Part shown: positions 36,690-45,534 of the stretch, one piece after another | Position numbering within the stretch: the first letter of the stretch is position 1 | How the letters are laid out: each line of letters begins with the position of its first letter | Source of the DNA: an uncultured Methanosarcinales archaeon | GTDB taxonomy: Archaea; Nanobdellota; Nanobdellia; Woesearchaeales; DSVV01 | Length of the DNA: 64,000 nucleotides | NCBI GenBank assembly: GCA_964390375.1 | Contig: CAYMIF010000002.1 | Coordinates: 4,191 to 68,190 of the forward strand | Direction of reading: 5' to 3' | Notes under the pieces: model-generated | What the model was told of the DNA's origin: nothing | Database searches by the model: none | The model's input: the letters and a program-made list of their open reading frames with translations, nothing else | Position numbers and translations under genes: made by a program

Positions 36690-37355
36690 TCAATCGCGCT
36701 TTTTCCGCGTCTTAATAAACTTCGCAGGAACTCCGCCCCAGACCTCGCCTTTGGGAATGTTCTTGGTCACTACAGAATTAGCTCCGACTATCGCCTGGTC
36801 TCCGATCGACACTCCTCTGGTCACAGTCACCTTTGCGCAAAGCCATGTATCCTTTCCGATGGATACAGGAGCAGCCACTAGTGGTGCATCATGCAAGAGC
36901 TTTCCTGACGAATAGTCCTTGTCATTGTCCCTGATGCTCACCATCTCTCCGACAGAGGAGAAATCGTCTATCGTGATCTTCTTGTGAGCATGAAGCATGC
37001 TGTACCTGTTCAGTATGATGTTCTTGCCGATCATAAGCTCCGCACCTGAGCTGACCTCGAAAGACACGCCCTCGTATATCACAGACAGCTCGCCGATCCT
37101 GGCCTTTCCTCCGCCTTCCACAAGGAACTCGCATCCCAGTCCGATGACACAGTTTCTTTTGAGGACAAGCTCAGAACCTTTATGGAGCCCGAACCTCACG
37201 TCTTTCCCGATCTCGACGCCTTTTTCTATCTTGAGTCTTATCCCTGCGCCCAGCATGTTTCTGATGCCTATCTTAAGCAGAAGCCTGTTCTTTGCCCAGA
37301 TTGACTTAATCTTTCTTGTAGCTTTCATGATATCTGTAGCTTCCTCCTGATCCAC
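36690..37355 (-). CDS. hexapeptide-repeat (left-handed beta-helix) sugar O/N-acetyltransferase
   Basis: Repeated [LIV]G..xx[LIV] hexapeptide pattern through the C-terminal half (IGDQAIVGANSVVTKNIPKGEVWGGVPAK). Confidence 0.7.
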   Translation of the reverse strand: MDQEEATDIMKATRKIKSIWAKNRLLLKIGIRNMLGAGIRLKIEKGVEIGKDVRFGLHKGSELVLKRNCVIGLGCEFLVEGGGKARIGELSVIYEGVSFEVSSGAELMIGKNIILNRYSMLHAHKKITIDDFSSVGEMVSIRDNDKDYSSGKLLHDAPLVAAPVSIGKDTWLCAKVTVTRGVSIGDQAIVGANSVVTKNIPKGEVWGGVPAKFIKTRKKRD

Positions 37356-38686
37356 GCTCTCCTGAACTTTTTGTCAGTGAATATCTTGTAGGATTTAAAG
37401 CTTCTCTCGATCCGTCTCTTTGCCTGCAGTAGTTTTCTCGGGCTCAGCTTCCTGGTCCGGACAACCGGAAGGAAAGAAGTATACTTGGTCCAGTCTTGCT
37501 CGACGATCAGCTTCTTCTCTTTGAGTATGTCATTGATTTTCGTTCCGACATAAGGCGTCAGTATATTGACATCTATGTCATCTGGTCTTGTCTCCCTGAT
37601 GAACTTGATAGTATCAGCGATGCTCGACTCATCTTCTCCAACAAGCCCGACGATCAGGTGGAGGTTCACGATTATTCCATGTTTCTTGGTAAGGGCTATT
37701 GCATCCTTGAGCTTCTGTATGGTCATCCCGGGCTTTCCTATGCTTTTTAGTATCCTCTCAGAACCAGACTCAAGACCGTAGTCGATCTTTACGCAACCGG
37801 CCTTCTTTGCAAGCTGCAGGAATTCATCATCGACAATGTCTGCCCTGGTCTCAAAGAAGATCTTAGCTCCAAGCTTTTCCTGGATGATCTTGTTCAGCAG
37901 TTCTTTCGACAGCTTCTTGTTCATCCCAAACACTACATCTCTCAGCAGGAATCCCTCGAATCCGTACTTCTCTTTGAGAAGCTTCATCTCCTTTATTGTC
38001 TTTGGCACTGTCTTATAGAAGACCTTGTTGCCGTAGGCCAGGGGATACGGGCAGTATGGACAGGAGAATGGGCAGCCCACAGCATTCTGCAGCGGAAAAT
38101 AGACACATCCTTCATCCTTTATTCTGTATCTGTCCATCCTGAAGCTTTCATATACAGAGAAGTCAAGGCGGTCAAGCGGATTGATATCATTCCCGCAGCA
38201 GATTTCCTTTTTTTTCGGCTGCTTGATGATCTCGATGGTCTCATTGAAATAAGGATAATATCCCTTGACAAATGTGTCTGCTTTGACCTCTGATTTCACT
38301 TGTTTGTATATAGCATTCACTAATCCTCCAAGGACAGCTATCCTGGTGTTCGGCAGATTCTTCTTAAGCTCCAGTATCAGCTCCCTGTCGCCTTCATAGG
38401 ATGGCTGTGAGATCAGGGTGATGATGGTCTTAGGGTTAATCTCAGACACTCTTTTTATCAGTTGTCGCTTTGTCAGGTCCTCTGCCTGTCCGTCGACAAC
38501 ACCGAAACTCCTGTTCAGGAACCTGGCTGCTGATGCTGCATATGCCATCCAGTTCTGGAATATCTCCTGTCCGTTATGGCCGAATGAATCCCTATTGTTA
38601 GGGTATCCTACTCCGAAGGTCCCTGCCCATTCCCTGGACACGTTCAGTCTCGGCGGGCTCGGCAGGTTCAGTATCAGGTAGTCCAT
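37325..38686 (-). CDS. B12-binding domain / radical SAM protein (class B radical SAM)
   Basis: N-terminal cobalamin-binding-like region followed by CPFSCPYCPY (CxxxCxxC). Confidence 0.7.
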   Translation of the reverse strand: MDYLILNLPSPPRLNVSREWAGTFGVGYPNNRDSFGHNGQEIFQNWMAYAASAARFLNRSFGVVDGQAEDLTKRQLIKRVSEINPKTIITLISQPSYEGDRELILELKKNLPNTRIAVLGGLVNAIYKQVKSEVKADTFVKGYYPYFNETIEIIKQPKKKEICCGNDINPLDRLDFSVYESFRMDRYRIKDEGCVYFPLQNAVGCPFSCPYCPYPLAYGNKVFYKTVPKTIKEMKLLKEKYGFEGFLLRDVVFGMNKKLSKELLNKIIQEKLGAKIFFETRADIVDDEFLQLAKKAGCVKIDYGLESGSERILKSIGKPGMTIQKLKDAIALTKKHGIIVNLHLIVGLVGEDESSIADTIKFIRETRPDDIDVNILTPYVGTKINDILKEKKLIVEQDWTKYTSFLPVVRTRKLSPRKLLQAKRRIERSFKSYKIFTDKKFRRAWIRRKLQIS

Positions 38687-39816
38687 TTTAAAAATCTCAT
38701 CATCTCCCTTTGGTACTTTTCCTCATCAAACCTCTTGACATTTTTCTGCAGCTTTTTGCGGTATTCGTCGCAGAGTTTCTTGTCATGGCTAAGTCTTTTT
38801 ATGATGTCTTTTGCCTCGCTGTCCTTTCTGTATCTCAGTTCAGCTATCGGCACGATCTCCTTTTGCCCTCCTGAATCATGCGTCACTGGTATAAGACCGC
38901 ACGCGATCGCCTCTGCTGTCGTGATCCCGAAAGGCTCGTTGTGCATGCCGTGGATATATATCAGGCTCTTCTCCATGATCTTCCTGAATCTCTCGACAGA
39001 TATATCTGGGTATAGCCTGACATTCTTTAGTTTTTTGTTTTTTACATAGTTTTCAATCTTTTTATAATAATCCAAAAAGCTTTCGGTACCGCCGCCGATA
39101 TGAAATATTATCTTCTCGCCTTCCTGCTCCAGCTTTTCAGAGATCTTTACGATCTCAAGCTGTCTTTTATAGTCAGCGAACCTGCCGAACGACACGGCGC
39201 CTGATCTTTTGCCCTTGTAGCTGCTCGAAAAAAAAGAGGTATTGACCCCTGGATAGACCACCGGGATCTCGATATTGAACATCTTCATGGTCTTGTCTTT
39301 TGAATATTTGGAATTTATGACCTTGTGGAACCGGTCGCTCAGAAAATTTCTTCGGTATATTCCGCTCATGATTGCTTTTGGAACAAAGAACAAGATATTC
39401 TTCAGTGCGCTTTTGCTCTTTTTCACGCGCAGCACGTCATAGGAGAATGCATTGCAGTATTTCAGGTACCTGCCCTTGTTGAAGAAATATATAGGCCCTT
39501 CCTGGAAATCATATATGAAGTCATACCTTTTTTTGAAGGCAAGCTCCAGCGCGATGAATATGCCTATGTTCTTTTTGAAGGCAGCAGGCAAAATCCTTGA
39601 TCTGTCGATTGCAAACGTCTTCTTGTTGATCCGGATTTTTTTATGGAACCTCGAATACACCTCTTTTTCCATCGACTCCTCTTCTCCAGGATAGTTGACC
39701 CTGGTATATACATCCGGGATGATGCCTGTCTTGTTCAGAGCCTCGATAAGTGAGTATGCAAGCATCTCATTGCCTCCATGTATCCTGAAATGCTGCATGA
39801 TTATTGCTATTCTCAT
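38674..39816 (-). CDS. glycosyltransferase family 4 (GT-B, Glycos_transf_1)
   Basis: EPFGITTAEAIACGLIPVTHDSGG (E-x7-E region). Confidence 0.75.
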   Translation of the reverse strand: MRIAIIMQHFRIHGGNEMLAYSLIEALNKTGIIPDVYTRVNYPGEEESMEKEVYSRFHKKIRINKKTFAIDRSRILPAAFKKNIGIFIALELAFKKRYDFIYDFQEGPIYFFNKGRYLKYCNAFSYDVLRVKKSKSALKNILFFVPKAIMSGIYRRNFLSDRFHKVINSKYSKDKTMKMFNIEIPVVYPGVNTSFFSSSYKGKRSGAVSFGRFADYKRQLEIVKISEKLEQEGEKIIFHIGGGTESFLDYYKKIENYVKNKKLKNVRLYPDISVERFRKIMEKSLIYIHGMHNEPFGITTAEAIACGLIPVTHDSGGQKEIVPIAELRYRKDSEAKDIIKRLSHDKKLCDEYRKKLQKNVKRFDEEKYQREMMRFLKWTT

Positions 39817-39824
39817 TTTTTGTC

Positions 39825-41156
39825 TTATACCATTGATTGGAAAAGTACTCTTTTCTTGTTCTTTAGCCTCAGTGTCCCTTTTGAATATTTGACAGATACC
39901 TCGACGTTTTTCCCGAACACCTTCTTGATTTTTTTCAGTGCGGTATTGAATCTCTTCTCAGAAAAATCTTTATCCTTGATAAGGGTTATCTCTATCTTTT
40001 TTTGGCTGGGCTGCACTATCTTGAACTCTTTTATTCCAGTTACCTTGGATATATGCCTCTTTAGAAGCAATGGAGATACCATGGTTTTATCAGGTCTAAA
40101 AAATAATGTGTTCTTCCGTCCGACAAATGATGCCATGACAGGAAGGTTCAGTCCGCAATCGCATCCTTTTTTTGTATATGTTCCAAAATCGCCCAGCTGA
40201 TATCTGATAATAGGAAAACCATAGTTCTCAAGGTCAGTGATCAGGATTTCTCCTATATTTCCAGGCCCAACATCCTTGCCGTCTTTTGTGAATTCTATCA
40301 CCTGATTTCCAGTCATCATGTGCAGGTTTTTATGTGTGCATTCCCCTGCCACTAGATAGATTTCCATGCATCCATATTCTGAGTAGACCGGGCATCTGAA
40401 GACCTTTTCTACAAATTCACGTTCATTATCAGTCATCGCCTCTCCTGTGAAGCATACGAACTTGGGTTTGATGCAGATTCCGTATTCATACATCTTTCTT
40501 GCTATATGATAGATAGATAGTCCGAATCCGAATACTGCTTCAGGGCGAAATGAACTGATTCTTCTGCATAATGTCTCTGACTCTTTTTCAGATATGGTGT
40601 AACCGTCTATTACCATAACGTTCTTGAGCCAGTATTTGAAACTTTTGTACCTGCTTTTCTCGGCAGGCTTGATTATTGAATCATTCCATATCATGAGACA
40701 TCTGTCGCAGTCAGAGAATCCATACTGTCTGTATAGCCAGGTCTTCTTTGCCTTATGTATCATTTCTGCCTCTGGGGTCTTATAGAAATAGAGTTTTCTT
40801 GTGGTAGAGCCGCTGGTGTTCCTTTTCATAAGGTCATGTCTTTTTGGGGCCTTGAAGCTTTTCCTGTTCTTGTTTATGATCTCTTTGCTCAGCAGCGGGA
40901 TCTTCTCTAGGTCTTTTATAGAACGGATGTCTCCTGGCTTGATACCAAGGCTTTTGAACAATTTTTTATAGTATGGAATATTCTCATAAGAATAGGATAT
41001 CAGTTTCCTGAGTTTTTCATTTTGTATCTCCTTTATTTTCCGAAGAGGAAGATGCGCGATCCTGTCAACCTCTTTCACATGAGTGTCAATTTTCTCGTTT
41101 TTCTTTTTTCTGAGCTGTCCTACCCTGTAGGCTGCTCTCTTGAGTATCTTCACCAT
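39825..41156 (-). CDS. adenylate-forming enzyme, phenylacetate-CoA ligase / CapK-like (coenzyme F390 synthetase family)
   Basis: P-loop-like NTSGSTTRK (TSGTTG-like) and a ~440 aa length typical of PaaK/CapK. Confidence 0.55.
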   Translation of the reverse strand: MVKILKRAAYRVGQLRKKKNEKIDTHVKEVDRIAHLPLRKIKEIQNEKLRKLISYSYENIPYYKKLFKSLGIKPGDIRSIKDLEKIPLLSKEIINKNRKSFKAPKRHDLMKRNTSGSTTRKLYFYKTPEAEMIHKAKKTWLYRQYGFSDCDRCLMIWNDSIIKPAEKSRYKSFKYWLKNVMVIDGYTISEKESETLCRRISSFRPEAVFGFGLSIYHIARKMYEYGICIKPKFVCFTGEAMTDNEREFVEKVFRCPVYSEYGCMEIYLVAGECTHKNLHMMTGNQVIEFTKDGKDVGPGNIGEILITDLENYGFPIIRYQLGDFGTYTKKGCDCGLNLPVMASFVGRKNTLFFRPDKTMVSPLLLKRHISKVTGIKEFKIVQPSQKKIEITLIKDKDFSEKRFNTALKKIKKVFGKNVEVSVKYSKGTLRLKNKKRVLFQSMV

Positions 41157-42229
41157 CTGACTATCTCTTCATACATATTGTCATAAAGATATGCGATGTG
41201 CTTCCAGTCATATTTCTCCTTTGCCTCGTTGTATGCCACGAATCCGAGCTCTGGACGATCCCATGCCTGATGAGCCTTCTCAAGAAGGTCAGCGAAGTCG
41301 TCAATGTCAAACAGTATCCCTGTCCTGTTATGGTCGATGAGCTCAGCAGGCCCCATGTGGTTTGTGGCGACGACAGTCTTCTTGCATGCCATGGCTTCTA
41401 TGATGACTGTTCCGAATGTCTCTCTTGAGCTGGTCAGCACAAAAACCCTGCATGCGGCAATAGCATCTGCGACAGTATCATGCAGCTGCACCCCTAGGCA
41501 GGTCAGGTTCGGCGGAAGCTTGCCGTATCTTTTCGTGAGTATCTTATGCGTTATATCATGTCCGATCATGACAAACCTTCTTCTGGGCATGTTCCGTGCA
41601 AGCTCGATGAAAAGGTTAGGCCGTTTTACTTCTGACGGATAGCCGATATAAAGATAGAAATCCTCATCTATGTTGAATTTCTTCTTGAAATGGTCCCCTT
41701 TGGCTTTTTCGAATTTATCAAAATCTATCCCGCATGGTATATAGACAGAATCTATATTATATCGCATCTTCAGGAATTTCTGGTACATCCTGGTCTTTGA
41801 GACAACAACATCCACGTTCCTGCAGTGCTCTATCAGCAGCTTGTTCTGGTTCTGTTGATATGCCCAGTTCTTCTTGTTTGATGAATCCTCCTCAAAATAG
41901 ATCTGCGTGACAGAATGCACGTATTTTGTTTTGCTTTTTCTGGGTGTCTTATAGACATCCCTCCAGTAAGGGTGCCCAAGGGTGTGCACGATGTCATATT
42001 TCTTGTACTTGAAATTTGTGATGGCAAAGCCATAGGGGTCGACCAGAGGCAGATTCTTCCTGACCAGGAATCCAGAACCCAGATATCTGGGATAGAACAA
42101 TGAAAGTGGTGAGTATTTTAGTATCTTGAGATTGTGTTTTGAGAATTTGACTAGGTCAAGAGTCTGCCTTTTGACTCCTCCGACCCATGGTATCGGGCCT
42201 ATCAGCACGTTTATCTTGTTTTCAGCCAT
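41150..42229 (-). CDS. glycosyltransferase family 4
   Basis: FVLTSSRETFGTVIIEAMACKKTVVATNHMGPAELI. The N-terminal region is paralogous to the 43368..44414 gene. Confidence 0.7.
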   Translation of the reverse strand: MAENKINVLIGPIPWVGGVKRQTLDLVKFSKHNLKILKYSPLSLFYPRYLGSGFLVRKNLPLVDPYGFAITNFKYKKYDIVHTLGHPYWRDVYKTPRKSKTKYVHSVTQIYFEEDSSNKKNWAYQQNQNKLLIEHCRNVDVVVSKTRMYQKFLKMRYNIDSVYIPCGIDFDKFEKAKGDHFKKKFNIDEDFYLYIGYPSEVKRPNLFIELARNMPRRRFVMIGHDITHKILTKRYGKLPPNLTCLGVQLHDTVADAIAACRVFVLTSSRETFGTVIIEAMACKKTVVATNHMGPAELIDHNRTGILFDIDDFADLLEKAHQAWDRPELGFVAYNEAKEKYDWKHIAYLYDNMYEEIVRW

Positions 42230-43371
42230 TTGTCATAGATCCTTTCATATTTAGGTATGATTATGCTGTTGTCGAACTCAGCGAGCACTTTTTCTCTTGC
42301 TTTCTTCGAGACCATCTTCAGCCACTTCTTGTCCTTTCGGATTTCTTTGATAAGTTCAAGAAGCCTGTTGATATCATCTTTGATTAAAAATCCGGTTGTC
42401 CTGTCTATAACAGGATACCTGTTTCCGATATCAAGCATGATGACTGGATTCCCTGAAGCCATCGCCTCAAGGGTGACTCTTGATATCCCCTCAGCCATCA
42501 CAGGATTGAAAAGAATATCGAATTGTTTATAAAATTTAGGCATCATGTCATAAGAGAAGTTCTTGAACAGTATTATGTCATCCAGGTCCACCTGCGACTC
42601 GAATCTCGAGAAGTCGAGGTGGTTGCCGGCGCCGAGCACCATTATCTCGCAGTCCTTCGGCCTGTTCAGGATAAGCTCTATCAGAAGATGTATCCCTCTT
42701 GATTTCTCGAGCCTGCCGATGAATCCGATAATGAGCTTCTTCTTGATCTTCGGCTGGTTGTATGAGAAATCCCTGCAGTTGATAGAGTTTGGGATGAAAT
42801 GGATCTTCCTTGATGTCAGTTTATCTCCCATTAGTTCTTCCCGCAGGTATTCATGCAGTCTCTTGTCGATGCATATGATCTCGTCGAACTGCCTGATGAA
42901 ATGCATCTCGAATTCCTTGATAAGTGGGTTGTCGACAAGAAGGTGCGAAAGCCCGTGCACAGTCAATATCTTGTTTGGAAGAAATGAGAAATCCGAGTAT
43001 TTCTTCATGAGGCTCATGTCTTTACGGATAAGGCAGTACTTGTACAACGCCCCGCCTATTCCAGCAGAGTGGAAATGCACGACATCATAATCCTTCTTCT
43101 GCAGAAGTTTTCGTTTTTTCTTTATCCTTTTGATATCATTTTTCAGCCTGAGAAGGAAGCTTGCCTTTGACCTGAAGCTGGAAATCTTCTTGCTGATCGG
43201 GCTGTTCTTCGGCCCCACCCTGATGACATTCTCTTCGTCTTTTGGAAATTCCGGGAATGCATCAGTTATGATCTCGAACTGATATGGAAGAGTCTTCACA
43301 AGTTCTTTGATATGGGTCTGTATCCCTCCCGAGCCGGGATAATACCCTCCATAGAAGATTCCGATGGTCAT
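42211..43371 (-). CDS. glycosyltransferase family 4
   Basis: FNPVMAEGISRVTLEAMASGNPVIMLDIG. Confidence 0.7.
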   Translation of the reverse strand: MTIGIFYGGYYPGSGGIQTHIKELVKTLPYQFEIITDAFPEFPKDEENVIRVGPKNSPISKKISSFRSKASFLLRLKNDIKRIKKKRKLLQKKDYDVVHFHSAGIGGALYKYCLIRKDMSLMKKYSDFSFLPNKILTVHGLSHLLVDNPLIKEFEMHFIRQFDEIICIDKRLHEYLREELMGDKLTSRKIHFIPNSINCRDFSYNQPKIKKKLIIGFIGRLEKSRGIHLLIELILNRPKDCEIMVLGAGNHLDFSRFESQVDLDDIILFKNFSYDMMPKFYKQFDILFNPVMAEGISRVTLEAMASGNPVIMLDIGNRYPVIDRTTGFLIKDDINRLLELIKEIRKDKKWLKMVSKKAREKVLAEFDNSIIIPKYERIYDKWLKTR

Positions 43372-44414
43372 TTGCAGATTTCCTCATATTCTGAATCGAT
43401 CTTTTTCACGATATCCTTCCAGTCATAGTTCTCTTTTACTGTCTTATGGCCATTTTCCCCGATATCTGGGTTGTTCCAGGCCATGTCTGCTTTCCTTATC
43501 ATATCTTTTATATCGTCATGTTTAAAAAGATATCCATTTTCACCGTCAGACACTAGTTCTTTCATGCCGGTGCTGTTTGTTGCGCATACTGGCTTTTTGC
43601 ATGCCATCGCCTCCAGAAGCACCGAACCGAAAGCCTCTTTTGAGCTGGGCAGGACAAACGCCCTGCAGGCTTTCATCGCGCTCAGTGTCTCTTTGTATGG
43701 CAGCTGGCCTAGTTTCAACACGTTTTTGGGCGCGCTTAGTTTTTCTGTGCCTGTACCGCACATGACAAAAAGCCTTTTTGGGAATTCCTCTGCCAGTCTT
43801 ATAAAATAATCTGGTCGCTTGAGCCTGGAGGCATTTCCTGCAAATAAGAAAAAGTCTGGGTTGACAGAATACTTTTTTCGAAACATCATCGGGTCGGTTC
43901 TATTGCACATCTCAAGATCAACGCCATTGGGTATGTATTTGCATTTTATTCCTTTCTTCTCCATTATGAAGCAAAGCCATTTCGAGACTCCTACGACGAG
44001 GTCCATCTTTCGGCAGACAGAAAAAAGCCTTTTGTTCAGTGCATTTTCAGTCTTCCACCTTTTCAGGTTCGCAGAATCTTCCTTGAAATATATCTGGTGT
44101 ACTGTATGTATCCTTTTAGGCAGCCTGTTCCTTCTTGTCTTCAGGTATAAGTTCCACCAGTAAGGATGTCCATGTGTATGGACTACATCATGTTCTCTGA
44201 AAAGGATTGATCTGGCGTACCAGGCATAAGGGTCCGGAAGAGTGATGCTTTTTCTTATAAGATATCCTCTACCTGCATAGATCATGGAATAGGGAGAGAA
44301 TTTCGAGTAATGTAACAATCTTACTTCATTTTCCGAATGTTTCTTGATATTCAGTATATGGGTCTTTGTTCCTGAGACTTGGGGCAAAGGCCCGACAAGC
44401 GCTTTTAGTTTCAT
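43368..44414 (-). CDS. glycosyltransferase family 4 (paralog of 41150..42229)
   Basis: FVLPSSKEAFGSVLLEAMACKKPVCATNSTGMKELV. Confidence 0.7.
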   Translation of the reverse strand: MKLKALVGPLPQVSGTKTHILNIKKHSENEVRLLHYSKFSPYSMIYAGRGYLIRKSITLPDPYAWYARSILFREHDVVHTHGHPYWWNLYLKTRRNRLPKRIHTVHQIYFKEDSANLKRWKTENALNKRLFSVCRKMDLVVGVSKWLCFIMEKKGIKCKYIPNGVDLEMCNRTDPMMFRKKYSVNPDFFLFAGNASRLKRPDYFIRLAEEFPKRLFVMCGTGTEKLSAPKNVLKLGQLPYKETLSAMKACRAFVLPSSKEAFGSVLLEAMACKKPVCATNSTGMKELVSDGENGYLFKHDDIKDMIRKADMAWNNPDIGENGHKTVKENYDWKDIVKKIDSEYEEICK

Positions 44415-44433
44415 TTTGATATGCCTTGATGCT

Positions 44434-45534
44434 CTAGAATGATTGCTTGTACAGTTCTGTGGTCTTCTCTGCGCAGATGCTCCATCTGAAATTCATTGCC
44501 TTGAGTTTTCCGAACTGCACAGTATTTTCCCTGAATTTTTTGTCTTTTAAGAACTTTCTGATAGCTTTTGCGATTTGTTCTGGAGAATAAGGATTGCACA
44601 ATATTCCCTCTTTTTCGATTATTGAGGGAATACCGCCGACTCTTGATGCGATTATCGGTTTTCCGACAGCCATTGCCTCATAAAGCACTATTGGATTTGA
44701 TTCATAGGTGCTGACAAGAGCAACAGCAGTGCAGTTGCGGTAATATTTAAGCAGTGTCTTGTCAGCGACTGCCTTTTCAGAGAAGAAAACCTTGCTGTAT
44801 TTGTTTTTTATAGCTGTTGCTTTGAGTTCGTCAAGATAAGCCTGATCATTGCAGGGACCTATTATCTTCAGGTCTATCCTGGCCAGCTCGCATGCACGGA
44901 TCATTGTTCTTAGGTTCTTGACACGCACGACTCTTCCGACGAAAAGTACGTATCTATCATCCTTAAGCTTCCCTTTGAAATACTCATCATCAATCCCGTT
45001 TGGGATGACTGTGATATCCTTTGCACCTCTTTTCTTCAGTTGAGGCACCAGATTCTCAGATACTGATATTATCCTCTTGATTCTCTTTAGCTGGATATCC
45101 TCGAGATAGGCCCATATTGTATCATGGATCTTTGCAGAGATACTGGTCTCTGCATCCTTTCGATGGGATATCAGTGAATGTACTGTCAGGATGACTGGGT
45201 AGCTGTTTGCAAGTTTTTGTGCAGCATGTCCGTATGGTGCGCCGATCATATGTGCATGCACCACATCCGGTTTGATCGATTTGACTTTCTTGATAATCCT
45301 GCTGGAATCTGTCGTGATTCCGGATATGGTTCTCGGAAGCATTGATTCCTTAAGCATGTGGACCCTCAGGTTCTTTTTTCTTTTCCTGGCATCTGACTTA
45401 TGGTTGAATATAGAGATTAAATGCACCTCCCATTTCGGATTTCGTTCAGAGATAGATTTAGCAAGATGATGCACATGTCTCTCCACTCCGCCGGTGAATA
45501 CATCTGTCCATGGTCCGAGTATCGCGACTTTCAT
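44434..45534 (-). CDS. glycosyltransferase family 4
   Basis: ALVSTYESNPIVLYEAMAVGKPIIASRVGGIPSII. Confidence 0.75.
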   Translation of the reverse strand: MKVAILGPWTDVFTGGVERHVHHLAKSISERNPKWEVHLISIFNHKSDARKRKKNLRVHMLKESMLPRTISGITTDSSRIIKKVKSIKPDVVHAHMIGAPYGHAAQKLANSYPVILTVHSLISHRKDAETSISAKIHDTIWAYLEDIQLKRIKRIISVSENLVPQLKKRGAKDITVIPNGIDDEYFKGKLKDDRYVLFVGRVVRVKNLRTMIRACELARIDLKIIGPCNDQAYLDELKATAIKNKYSKVFFSEKAVADKTLLKYYRNCTAVALVSTYESNPIVLYEAMAVGKPIIASRVGGIPSIIEKEGILCNPYSPEQIAKAIRKFLKDKKFRENTVQFGKLKAMNFRWSICAEKTTELYKQSF

